Positions 14,601 to 27,500 of a DNA stretch of 64,000 bases are shown one piece after another. The first letter of the stretch is position 1. Every line of letters starts with the position of its first letter. The stretch spans positions 93,434,001 to 93,498,000 of the forward strand of contig OZ296649.1 in the NCBI GenBank assembly GCA_965655095.1. Reading direction: 5' to 3'. The notes beneath the pieces are model-generated. The model searched no databases and was not told the origin of the DNA. It saw only the letters and a list, made by a program, of their open reading frames with translations. Position numbers and translations under genes: made by a program. The DNA comes from Haplodiscus bocki (taxonomy: Eukaryota).

Positions 14601-17600
14601 GTCATTACACTCTGCTGTACTTAGTTGCTACTGAATTGCTGCAGTTATGCTTTGGGCCCCGTTGTCACATTAAGATACAGATCTTCATGAAAGATTATGT
14701 AATAGGAAAGAAGTTTAACTCAATGCGACCGTCTGTTTTAGCTGAAACAACTCAGTATTGTACTAATGTTTATTCTGCTAATACGAAAATGTTAAAGTTT
14801 AAAAAAAGACGAGTTCAGAGGAAAGAATGAAGGAAATGGAAAAAAGACTCAATAATTCTGACCATAAACCATGTTTGAATTTGAGGAGAGAACAAATATG
14901 CTTCTCGACCAAGTTGGTGTTTCCAGCCGTCACAACATCGATGTCCAATGTATCACCGTGATGATAGTGTCTGCGTTATTTTCTGTCTTCTGGTAAACAC
15001 AGGCTTTCAATTTTCCCGAAGGTTTCGCGCAAATTCGTGGTCCATCTAGAAATAAATTACAGTGTTCCTATCCGGACAAAAATATTGAATTTTTAGAAAA
15101 CAACACGCGTACAGTTCTGTGTTCAAATTGCGCTCCCAACTTATTGGAGAATTCAGCGGCATTCCCATGCTGATACGAGAGTGCTGTTGACTCCTCTGGA
15201 AGGGAGTGTTACGTCAATCTACGAAGATTGATTCCGTGAGCTGTATGAGATTAAATCATACAGAAGACGAGTGTCCCTTCTTGGATGCCGAAGAAAAGCT
15301 TCAGACTCTTAATGATTGCATAATAGGTCGTTAGGTCACATCTTCAATGATCTCAAAAAAGCAGACGGCATATTACAAAATTGACCTTCCTGACTCAACA
15401 CCGATGTCAACTTCAGAACTGAGCCGTTTGATAAGAATGAAAAACAATCAAACCGAGGTCTCTGATTAAATTTGTTACCTTCCGTTGAAGGGTGCAGATG
15501 ATCCTCATCGTAGTAGTACCTGCTTCATGTTTCATGAAGTTTAGAGGGTTTTTCTGAACAAACAAACTAAAGAGAGCGATATAACTTTGACGCTGGTGTG
15601 GTTGAAAAAAGCCCATAATTACAATCAATTGACGTTGGCCCGTTGTGGCTTAAGTTAAGAGAAAAGTTTGTCTCGAGACTTATTGGTCACGAACCGTGGT
15701 ATTCTTGAACCAGGGACTGAAAAACGTTCGCGAACGACCATTCGAAAAAAATCTAGAACAAACTTCGTTCCGCACGAACAACAATTGAACTTCATCCGAC
15801 AACACATGAAACAAGTTTCCCTGGAAGAAGTGAATGCGCGATCGGAAATATTACAGAAGAAGGATTTGAAATTTAAAGCCAGGAAAGTAGAAGAGCTGTA
15901 ATACCTTCGGTTCTTATATTCTTTACCTTTTCAGCAACTCCACGGAAGCGGTTGACTTGCCGATAATGCACGAAGTGAACGGAGGTGATAAAGATCAGTG
16001 TGAAATGCTTTGACTAAAGCGACATATAGTTTGAGTGGCCGGAAGCTGTCGATTAGGGACTTGAGGGAATTCGTGGACGCGCTTCTTGACAAAGGCAAAA
16101 ATGCCGAAAACACCGTAAAGTCAAAATTCTTTGCATGGTGTAATTCTTCGAGACTACTATGGGAAGATGATACCCAAAAGTTGCCAAGAGAGGCCACAAA
16201 AATAGTCAACCCTAGAATCTCGAAAAACAACAAAGTTCCAACATCGTTGTAGTTAACAAGAAAATCTTCATATCAAACCTATTTTACTGTACCAAACCAT
16301 TAAAACCTTTTTTGAGTTTGTTTTCAATTCAATACCCTAAAACTTACATTTTTACTGAAACTCGGACAGCTCGCTCTAGCCCACTGATGAAAGGCAAAGG
16401 ACAAATTTTCTATGCCACAATGCCTTTCGCAATGTCTCGTATTCGCTTATTCTCCTATATGTGTCATAGGGTTAAGACTTTATTGAGTTGGTCACTAGCG
16501 GCAACGCTGAATTGGTTCCATGGTAGCTCCCCATCTTTAATTGTGAAGAATTATGTGGGTCGGCATCTACACATTCTCTTGAGACAATTTCTTCTATTGT
16601 GTGTCAGGCTTATCAAAAAAACCCTTTGCTAAAAGTTGATAAAAGTCAAAAAGACTGGCAAAAATAAGTATCAGTGTTTTTTCAACGAAGTTGGAGCAAA
16701 AATGCTAAAATTGGAGACACATGATGTCGTTTCAGGTTCGAAGATGTTGCTACCCAATGTTCCAAAAAGTTTCACAATAAACAACGCATAAATGAACATC
16801 GTGGGAAGAGGCTGAATTTGACCGTTCACACTAGATTCTTGATTGATACATCAAGTGTTAGACAGAAAAGAGAAACTAAGCATGAGCCGGTTTAAAACTA
16901 ACATTCTTCCATTCAGTCAGAATGTGTAAAAGTGTCCCGGTGTTTACATTTGTATAGGTTTTTGACCAAAAAACAAAACGTTTTTGAACTTCAAAGTTCT
17001 GACCGCTACAACGATGGTCCATATGGTGCCCCTCAAATTCGTATGTAACTGTGATGCCTTTTCAAAAATCAAGATATCGCACGAAAAAGCATCAAAAAAC
17101 AACCTGGTAACACAAATAAGTACAGTAATCGCAAGTACTCCTTCATTTTGGGCGACAATGGTTCAAAACAAGTGTCAGGAAAGGTAATCAATTTGTGTTA
17201 TGAAATGATGACGAGGCACAGCAATGGACTAGTAGCGGTCACAAAACAGGTGGTAGACGACTAAATTTAATACGAACTGGAAGTGGCCAACGCCACGTTT
17301 CGCCCATCCGGAAAAAATTTGAAGGCATCAGAAAGCTTTCGAATAACATACAATAAGTAAGTACAACTAGGCCATAGGATCACATAGATCGTCAAATACT
17401 CAGGAAAAAAATTTCTCAAATGATAAAAATCGCCAATCAATCGTAAAACTCTTGACAAATAGAAAGCTTCCTCCGACGTCAACGTTATCAGTAAAGCCGG
17501 AAAAACCCGAGTCATTACATTCTGCTGTCCTTAGTTGCTATTGAATTGCTGCGGTTCTCCGTTGGGCCCCGTTGTCACATTAGGATACAGAGCTTCATGA

Positions 17601-19032
17601 AAGATTATGTAAAAGGAACGAAGTTTAACTCAATGCGACCGTCTGTTTTAGCTGAAGCAACTCAGTATTGTACTAATGTTTATTCTGCTAATACGAAAAT
17701 GTTAAAGTTTAAAAAAAGACGAGTTCAGAGGAAAGAATGAAGGAAATGGAAAAAGGACTCAATAATTCTGACCATAAACCATGTTTGAATTTGAGGAGAG
17801 AACAAATATGCTTCTCGACCAAAATGGTGTTTCCAGCCGTCACAACATCGATGTCCAATGTATCACCGGGATGATAGTGTCTGCGTTATCTTCTGTCTTC
17901 TGGTAAACATAGGCTTTCAATTTTCCCGAAGGTTTTGCACAAATTCGTGGTCCATCTAGAAATAAATTACACGGTTCCTCCCTGGACAAATGAAGATATT
18001 GAATTTTTCGAAATCAACACTCGTACAGGTTTGTGTCCACATTGCCCTCCAAAGCTTATCGGAGGATTCAGCGGCATTCCCATGCTGATACGAGAGTGCT
18101 GTTGACTACTCTGGAAGAGAGTGTTACGTCAATCTACGAAGATTGATTCCGTGAGCTGTATGAGATTAAATCATACAGAAGACGAGTGTCCCTTCTTGGA
18201 TGCCGAAGAAAAGCTTCAAACTCTTAATGATTGCATAATAAGTCGTTAGGTGACATCTTCAATGATCTCAAAAAAAGCAGACGGCATATTACAAAATTGA
18301 CCTTCCTGACTCAACACCGATGTCAACTTCAGAACTGAGAAGTTTGATAAGAATGAAATACATTCAAACCGAGGTCTCTGATGAAATTTGTTACCTTCCG
18401 TTGAAAGGTGCAGATGATCCTCATCGTAGTAGTACCTGCTTTATGTTTCATGAAGTTTAGAGGGTTTTTCTGAACAAACAAACTAAAGAGAGCGATATAA
18501 CTTTGACGCTGGTGTGCTTGAAAAATGCCCATAACTACAATCAATTGACGTTGGCCAGTCGTGGCTTAAGTTAAGAGGAAAGTCTCGAGACTTATTGGTC
18601 AAGAACCGTGGTAGTCTTCAACCAGGGACTGAAAAACGTTCGCGAACGACCACTCGAAAAAATCTAGAACGAAATTCGTTCCGCACGAACAACAATTGAA
18701 CTTCATCCGACAACAAATGAAACAAGTTTCCCTGGAAGAAGTGAATGCGCAATCGGAATTATTACAGAAGAAAGATTTGGAAATTGAAGCCAGGAAAGTA
18801 GAAGAACTGTAATACCTTCGGATCTTATAATCTTTACCACTTCAGCAACTCCACGGAAGCGGCTGACTTCCCGATAATGCACGAAGTGAACGGAGGTGAT
18901 AAAGATCAGTGTGCAATGCTTTGACTGAAGCGACAATTAGTTTGAGTGGCCGGAAGCTGTCGGTTAGGGACTTGAGTGAATTCGTGGATGCGCTTCTCGA
19001 CAAAGAAGGCAAAAATGCCGAAAACACCGTAA

Positions 19033-20187
19033 AGTCAGTATTCTTTGCATGGTGTAATTCTTCGAGACTACTATGGGAAGATGATACGCAAAAGTGGCCA
19101 AGAGATGCCACTGAAATAGTCAACCCTAGAATCTCGAAAAACAACAAAGTTCCAACATAGTTGTAGTGAACAAGAAAATCTTCATATCAAACCCATTTTA
19201 CTGTACCAAACCATTAAAACCTTTTTTGTTTCAACTAATTGGACTGCGGTTTTGGAAGACCCAAAGAAAATTGGGCCAGCCATGTAGATAACTGTAAAAA
19301 CGCATGATTCATTATTAATTTCAATTCAATACCCTAAAACTTACATTTTTACTGAAACTCGGACAGCTCGCTCTAGCCCACTGATGAAAGGCAAAGGACA
19401 AATTTTTTATGCGACAACGCCTTTCGCAATGTCTCGTATTCGCTTATTCTCCTGTATGTGTAATAGGGTGAAAACTCTATTGAGTTGGTCACTAGCGGCA
19501 ACGCTGAATTCGTTCCATGGTAGCTCCCCATCTTCAATTGTGGAGAACTATGTGAGTCGGCCTCTACACATTCTCTTTAGACAATTTCTTCTATTGTGTG
19601 TCAGGCTTATCAAAAAAACTCTTTGCTAAAAGTTGATAAAAGTCAAAAAGACTGGCAAAAACATCTACCAGTGTTCTTTTAACGAAGTTGGAGCAAAAAA
19701 GAAATTTGAAGACACATGTCGTTTCAGGTTCGAAGATGTTGCCGCCCAATGTTCCAAAAAGTTTCACAATAAACAACGCATAAATGAACATCGTGGGAAG
19801 AGACTGAATTTGACCGTTCACACTAGATTCTTGATTGATACCTCAAGTGTTAGACAGAAAAGAGAAACTAATCATGAGCCGGTTTTAAATTAACATTCTT
19901 CAATTCAGTCAGAATGTGTAAAACTGTCCCGGTGTTTACACTTGTATAGGTTTTTGACCAAAAAACAAAACGTTTTTCAACTTCCAAGTTCTGACAGCTA
20001 CAACGATGGTCCATATGGTGCCCCTCAAATTCGTATGTAACTGTGATGCCTATTCAAAAATCAAGATATCACACGAAAAAGCATCAAAAAACAACATGGT
20101 AATACAATAAAGTACAGTAATTGCAAGTGCTCCTTCATTTTGGGCGACATTAGTTGAAAACAAGGGTTCGGAAAGGTAATCATTTAG
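19033..20187 (+). pseudogene. Degenerate coding segment of unknown family (representative copy; homologous decayed sequence lies in every monomer)
   Basis: By hand translation, one frame gives 385 codons with 8 stops including the last (19117, 19285, 19627, 19891, 20038, 20044, 20155, 20185). It reads SQYSLHGVILRDYYGKMI...KPILLYQTIKTFFVSTNWTAVLEDPKK...QYPKTYIFTE...YQCSFNEVG...NDGPYGAPQIRM...TIKYSNCKCSFILGD. It contains track ORFs 19384..19629 and 19633..19893 in the same frame. Confidence 0.7.
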
Positions 20188-23100
20188 GTTATGAATTTAA
20201 GACGAGGCACGGCAATGGACTAGTAGCGGTAACAAAACAGGTGGTAGACGACAATATTTAATACGAACTGGAAATGGCCAACGCCACGTTTCGCCCACCC
20301 GGAAAACTTTTGAAGGCATCAGAAAGCATTCGAATAACATACAAGAAGCAAGTAGAACTAGGCCATACGGTCACATAGATCGTCAAATACTCAGGCAAAA
20401 AATTTCTCAATTGATAAAAATCGCCAATCAATCGTAAAACTCTTGACAAATAGAAAGCTTCCTCCGACGTCAACGTTACCAGTAAAGCCGGAAACTCCCG
20501 AGTCATTACATTCTGCTGTCCTTAGTTGCTATTGAAAGGCTGCGGTCATCCTTTGGGCCCCCTTGTCACATTAAGATACAGATCTTCATGAAAGATTATG
20601 TAATAAGAAAGAAAATTAACTCAATGAGACCTTCTGTTTTTGCTGAGACAACTTAGTATTGTACTAATGTTTATCTTCTGCTAATACGAAAATGTTAAAG
20701 TTTAAAAAAAGACGAGTTCAGAGGAAAGAATGAAGGAAATGGAAAAAGGACTCAATAATTCTGACCATAAACCATGTTTGAATTTGAGGAGAGAACAAAT
20801 ATGCTTCTCGACCAAAATGGTGTTTCCAGCCGTCACAACATCGATGTCCAATGTATCACCGGGATGATAGTGTCTGCGTTATCTTCTGTCTTCTGGTAAA
20901 CATAGGCTTTCAATTTTCCCGAAGGTTTTGCACAAATTCGTGGTCCATCTAGAAATAAATTACACGGTTCCTCCCTGGACAAATGAAGATATTGAATTTT
21001 TCGAAATCAACACTCGTACAGGTTTGTGTCCACATTGCCCTCCAAAGCTTATCGGAGGATTCAGCGGCATTCCCATGCTGATACGAGAGTGCTGTTGACT
21101 ACTCTGGAAGAGAGTGTTACGTCAATCTACGAAGATTGATTCCGTGAGATGTATGAGATTAAATCATACAGAAGACGAGTGTCCCTTCTTGGATGCCGAA
21201 GAAAAGCTTCAAACTCTTAATGATTGCATAATAAGTCGTTAGGTGACATCTTCAATGATCTCAAAAAAAGCAGACGGCATATTACAAAATTGACCTTCCT
21301 GACTCAACACCGATGTCAACTTCAGAACTGAGAAGTTTGATAAGAATGAAATACATTCAAACCGAGGTCTCTGATGAAAGTTGTTACCTTCCGTTGAAAG
21401 GTGCAGATGATCCTCATCGTAGTAGTACCTGCTTTATGTTTCATGAAGTTTAGAGGGTTTTTCTGAACAAACAAACTAAAGAGAGCGATATAACTTTGAC
21501 GCTGGTGTGGTTGAAAAATGCCCATAACTACAATCAATTGACGTTGGCCAGTCGTGGCTTAAGTTAAGAGGAAAGTCTCGAGACTTATTGGTCAAGAACC
21601 GTGGTAGTCTTCAACCAGGGACTGAAAAACGTTCGCGAACGACCACTCGAAAAAATCTAGAACGAAATTCGTTCCGCACGAACAACAATTGAACTTCATC
21701 CGACAACAAATGAAACAAGTTTCCCTGGAAGAAGTGAATGCGCAATCGGAATTATTACAGAAGAAAGATTTGGAAATTGAAGCCAGGAAAGTAGAAGAAC
21801 TGTAATACCTTCGGATCTTATAATCTTTACCACTTCAGCAACTCCACGGAAGCGGCTGACTTCCCGATAATGCACGAAGTGAACGGAGGTGATAAAGATC
21901 AGTGTGAAATGCTTTGACTAAAGCGACATATAGTTTGAGTGGCCGGAAGCTGTCGATTAGGGACTTGAGGGAATTCGTGGACGCGCTTCTTGACAAAGGC
22001 AAAAATGCCGAAAACACCGTAAAGTCAGTATTCTTTGCATGGTGTAATTCTTCGAGACTACTATGGGAAGATGATACGCAAAAGTGGCCAAGAGATTCCA
22101 CTGAAATAGTCAACCCTAGAATCTCGAAAAACAACAAAGTTCCAACATAGTTGTAGTTAACAAGAAAAACTTCATATCAAACCCATTTTACTGTACCAAA
22201 CCATTAAAACCTTTTTTGTTTCAACTAATTGGACTGCGGTTTTGGAAGACCCAAAGAAAATTGGGCCAGCCATGTAGATAACTGTAAAAACGCATGATTC
22301 ATTATTAATTTCAATTCAATACCCTAAAACTTACATTTTTACTGAAACTCGGACAGCTCGCTCTAGCCCACTGATGAAAGGCAAAGGACAAATTTTTTAT
22401 GCGACAACGCCTTTCGCAATGTCTCGTATTCGCTTATTCTCCTGTATGTGTAATAGGGTGAAAACTCTATTGAGTTGGTCACTAGCGGCAACGCTGAATT
22501 CGTTCCATGGTAGCTCCCCATCTTCAATTGTGGAGAACTATGTGAGTCGGCCTCTACACATTCTCTTGAGACAATTTCTTCTATTGTGTGTCAGGATTAT
22601 CAAAAAAACTCTTTGCTAAAAGTTGATAAAAGTCAAAAAGACTGGCAAAAACATCTACCAGTGTTCTTTTTAACGAAGTTGGAGCAAAAAAGAAATTTGA
22701 AGACACATGTCGTTTCAGGTTCGAAGATGTTGCCGCCCAATGTTCCAAAAAGTTTCACAATAAACAACGCATAAATGAACATCGTGGGAAGAGACTGAAT
22801 TTGACCGTTCACACTAGATTCTTGATTGATACCTCAAGTGTTAGACAGAAAAGAGAAACTAATCATGAGCCGGTTTTAAATTAACATTCTTCAATTCAGT
22901 CAGAATGTGTAAAACTGTCCCGGTGTTTACACTTGTATAGGTTTTTGACCAAAAAACAAAACGTTTTCAACTTCCAAGTTCTGACAGCTACAACGATGGT
23001 CCATATGGTGCCCCTCAAATTCGTATGTAACTGTGATGCCTATTCAAAAATCAAGATATCGCACGAAAAAGCATCAAAAAACAACATGGTAATACAATAA

Positions 23101-23715
23101 AGTACAGTAATTGCAAGTGCTCCTTCATTTTGGGCGACATTAGTTGAAAACAAGGGTTCGGAAAGGTAATCATTTAGGTTATGAATTTAAGACGAAGCAC
23201 GGCAATGGACTAGTAGCGGTCACAAAACAGGTGGTAGACGACAATATTTAATACGAACTGGAAATGGCCAGCGCCACGTTTCGCCCACCCGGAAAACTTT
23301 TGAAGGCATCAGAAAGCATTCGAATAACATACAAGAAGCAAGTAGAACTAGGCCATACGGTCACATAGATCGTCAAATACTCAGGCAAAAAATTTCTCAA
23401 TTGATAAAAATCGCCAATCAATCGTAAAACTCTTGACAAATAGAAAGCTTCCTCCGACGTCAACGTTACCAGTAAAGCCGGAAACTCCCGAGTCATTACA
23501 TTCTGCTGTCCTTAGTTGCTATTGAAAGGCTGCGGTCATCCTTTGGGCCCCCTTGTCACATTAAGATACAGATCTTCATGAAAGATTATGTAATAAGAAA
23601 GAAAATTAACTCAATGAGACCTTCTGTTTTTGCTGAGACAACTTAGTATTGTACTAATGTTTATCTTCTGCTAATACGAAGTTAAAGTTTAATATAGACG
23701 AGTTGAGAGGAAAGA

Positions 23716-24543
23716 ATGAAGGAGATGGAAAAAGGACTCAATAATTCTGACCATAAACCATGTTTAAATTTGAGGAGAGACAAGATGTATCTCGACCAAA
23801 TTGGTGTTTCCAGCCGTCACAACTTCGATCTCCAATCTATCACCGGGATGATAGTGTGTGCGTTATTTTCTGGTAAACATGGGCCTTCAATTTTCTGGAA
23901 GGTTTTGCGCAAATTCGTGGTTCATCCAGAAATAAATTACACGGTTCCTCTCTGGACAATTGAAGATATTGAATTTTTAGAAATGAAAACTCGTACAGGT
24001 TTGTGTCCACATTGCCCTCAAAAACTTATTGGAGGATTCAGCGGCATTCCCATGCTGATACGAGAGTGCTGTTGACTACTCTGGAAGAGAGTTTTACGTC
24101 AACCTACGGAGATTGATTCCGTGGGCAGTATGAGATTAAATCATACAGAACACGAGTGTTCCTTCTTGGATGCCGGAGAAAGGCTTCGACCTCTTATTGA
24201 TTCCATAAAAAGTCGTTAGGTCACATCTTCAATGCTCTCAAAAAAAGCAGACGCATATTACAAAATTGACCTTCCTGACTCAACACCGATGTCAACTTCA
24301 GAACTGAGCCGTTCGAAGAGGATGAAATACATTCAAACCGAGGTCTCTGATGAAATTTGTTACCTTCCGTTGAAAGGTGCAGATGATCCTCATCGTAGTA
24401 GTACCTGCTTTATGTTTCATGAAGTTTAGAGGGTTTTTCTGAACAAACAAACTAAAGAGAGCGATATAATTTTGACGCTGGTGTGGTTGAAAAATGCCCA
24501 TAACTACAATCAATTGACGTTGGCCAGTCGTGGCTTAAGTTAA
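23716..24543 (+). pseudogene. Degenerate coding segment of unknown family with a CxxC motif (representative copy, C subtype)
   Basis: Track ORFs 23716..24075 and 24232..24429 share a frame, and the intervening and downstream DNA stays in frame. This gives 276 codons with stops only at 24073, 24217, 24427 and 24541. It reads MKEMEKGLNN...GLCPHCPQKLIGG...YYKIDLPDSTPMSTSEL...EICYLPLKG...WLKNAHNYNQLT. Confidence 0.72.
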
Positions 24544-27500
24544 GAGGAAAGTCTCGAGACTTATTGGTCAAGAACCGTGGTAGTCTTCAACCAGGGACTG
24601 AAAAACGTTCGCGAACGACCACTCGAAAAAATCTAGAACGAAATTCGTTCCGCACGAACAACAATTGAACTTCATCCGACAACAAATGAAACAAGTTTCC
24701 CTGGAAGAAGTGAATGCGCAATCGGAATTATTACAGAAGAAAGATTTGGAAATTGAAGCCAGGAAAGTAGAAGAGCTGTAATACCTTCGGTTCTTATATT
24801 CTTTACCTTTTCAGCAACTCCACGGAAGCGGCTGACTTGCCGATAATGCACGAAGTGAACGGAGGTGATAAAGATCAGTGTGAAATGCTTTGACTAAAGC
24901 GACATATAGTTTGAGTGGCCGGAAGCTGTCGATTAGGGACTTGAGGGAATTCGTGGACGCGCTTCTTGACAAAGGCAAAAATGCCGAAAACACCGTAAAG
25001 TCAGTATTCTTTGCATGGTGTAATTCTTCGAGACTACTATGGGAAGATGATACCCAAAAGTTGCCAAGAGAGGCCACAAAAATAGTCAACCCTAGAATCT
25101 CGAAAAACAACAAAGTTCCAACATCGTTGTAGTTAACAAGAAAATCTTCATATCAAACCTATTTTACTGTACCAAACCATTAAAACCTTTTTTGAGTTTG
25201 TTTTCAATTCAATACCCTAAAACTTACATTTTTACTGAAACTCGGACAGCTCGCTCTAGCCCACTGATGAAAGGCAAAGGACAAATTTTCTATGCGACAA
25301 TGCCTTTCGCAATGTCTCGTATTCGCTTATTCTCCTATATGTGTCATAGGGTTAAGACTTTATTGAGTTGGTCACTAGCGGCAACGCTGAATTGGTTCCA
25401 TGGTAGCTCCCCATCTTTAATTGTGAAGAATTATGTGGGTCGGCATCTACACATTCTCTTGAGACAATTTCTTCTATTGTGTGTCAGGCTTATCAAAAAA
25501 ACCCTTTGCTAAAAGTTGATAAAAGTCAAAAAGACTGGCAAAAATAAGTATCAGTGTTTTTTCAACGAAGTTGGAGCAAAAATGCTAAAATTGGAGACAC
25601 ATGATGTCGTTTCAGGTTCGAAGATGTTGCTACCCAATGTTCCAAAAAGTTTCACAATAAACAACGCATAAATGAACATCGTGGGAAGAGGCTGAATTTG
25701 ACCGTTCACACTAGATTCTTGATTGATACATCAAGTGTTAGACAGAAAAGAGAAACTAAGCATGAGCCGGTTTAAAACTAACATTCTTCCATTCAGTCAG
25801 AATGTGTAAAAGTGTCCCGGTGTTTACATTTGTATAGGTTTTTGACCAAAAAACAAAACGTTTTTGAACTTCAAAGTTGTTGACCGCTACAACGATGGTC
25901 CATATGGTGCCCCTCAAATTCGTATGTAACTGTGATGCCTTTTCAAAAATCAAGATATCGCACGAAAAAGCATCAAAAAACAACCTGGTAACACAAATAA
26001 GTACAGTAATCGCAAGTACTCCTTCATTTTGGGCGACAATGGTTCAAAACAAGTGTCAGGAAAGGTAATCAATTTGTGTTATGAAATGATGACGAGGCAC
26101 AGCAATGGACTAGTAGCGGTCACAAAACAGGTGGTAGACGACTAAATTTAATACGAACTGGAAGTGGCCAACGCCACGTTTCGCCCATCCGGAAAAAATT
26201 TGAAGGCATCAGAAAGCTTTCGAATAACATACAATAAGTAAGTACAACTAGGCCATAGGATCACATAGATCGTCAAATACTCAGGAAAAAAATTTCTCAA
26301 ATGATAAAAATCGCCAATCAATCGTAAAACTCTTGACAAATAGAAAGCTTCCTCCGACGTCAACGTTATCAGTAAAGCCGGAAAAACCCGAGTCATTACA
26401 TTCTGCTGTCCTTAGTTGCTATTGAATTGCTGCGGTTCTCCGTTGGGCCCCGTTGTCACATTAGGATACAGAGCTTCATGAAAGATTATGTAAAAGGAAC
26501 GAAGTTTAACTCAATGCGACCGTCTGTTTTAGCTGAAGCAACTCAGTATTGTACTAATGTTTATTCTGCTAATACGAAAATGTTAAAGTTTAAAAAAAGA
26601 CGAGTTCAGAGGAAAGAATGAAGGAAATGGAAAAAGGACTCAATAATTCTGACCATAAACCATGTTTGAATTTGAGGAGAGAACAAATATGCTTCTCGAC
26701 CAAAATGGTGTTTCCAGCCGTCACAACATCGATGTCCAATGTATCACCGGGATGATAGTGTCTGCGTTATCTTCTGTCTTCTGGTAAACATAGGCTTTCA
26801 ATTTTCCCGAAGGTTTTGCACAAATTCGTGGTCCATCTAGAAATAAATTACACGGTTCCTCCCTGGACAAATGAAGATATTGAATTTTTCGAAATCAACA
26901 CTCGTACAGGTTTGTGTCCACATTGCCCTCCAAAGCTTATCGGAGGATTCAGCGGCATTCCCATGCTGATACGAGAGTGCTGTTGACTACTCTGGAAGAG
27001 AGTGTTACGTCAATCTACGAAGATTGATTCCGTGAGCTGTATGAGATTAAATCATACAGAAGACGAGTGTCCCTTCTTGGATGCCGAAGAAAAGCTTCAA
27101 ACTCTTAATGATTGCATAATAAGTCGTTAGGTGACATCTTCAATGATCTCAAAAAAAGCAGACGGCATATTACAAAATTGACCTTCCTGACTCAACACCG
27201 ATGTCAACTTCAGAACTGAGAAGTTTGATAAGAATGAAATACATTCAAACCGAGGTCTCTGATGAAAGTTGTTACCTTCCGTTGAAAGGTGCAGATGATC
27301 CTCATCGTAGTAGTACCTGCTTTATGTTTCATGAAGTTTAGAGGGTTTTTCTGAACAAACAAACTAAAGAGAGCGATATAACTTTGACGCTGGTGTGGTT
27401 GAAAAATGCCCATAACTACAATCAATTGACGTTGGCCAGTCGTGGCTTAAGTTAAGAGGAAAGTCTCGAGACTTATTGGTCAAGAACCGTGGTAGTCTTC

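Larger units (their letters stand above)
1..15900 (+). repeat. Left sub-array of short-type monomers (2905-2928 bp) that lack the 90-nt block
   Basis: Marker ORF ends at 1659, 4584, 7510, 10415, 13322 and 16233 give periods of 2925, 2926, 2905, 2907 and 2911. All of these copies carry (A/G)GTTTGTTTTCAATTC in place of the 90-nt segment seen at 19229-19318. Confidence 0.9.

Noticed and set aside
19260-19275. CCCAA-agaaaa-TTGGG hairpin as a terminator or replication origin
   Set aside because: The stem is only 5 bp, is not conserved in the D/E version, is deleted in short-type units, and has no CRESS-type nonanucleotide in the loop.
19814-20030. PFTL and DGPYGAP resembling NADPH oxidase / ferric reductase FAD- and NADPH-binding motifs
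   Set aside because: The two words are in different frames, the His of HPFT is missing, and no GxGxTPF or heme-binding transmembrane region follows or precedes. Probably chance.
20358-20400. GGCCATAC resembling the 5' end of 5S rRNA; array as a 5S/snRNA/histone cluster
   Set aside because: Similarity stops after ~8 nt. I recognised no 5S, U1/U2 or histone sequence in the monomer.
23716-24543. Alternative genetic code or stop readthrough making the ORFs intact
   Set aside because: TAA, TAG and TGA all occur, many stops are polymorphic between units, and real frameshifting indels are present. Decay is the simpler explanation.
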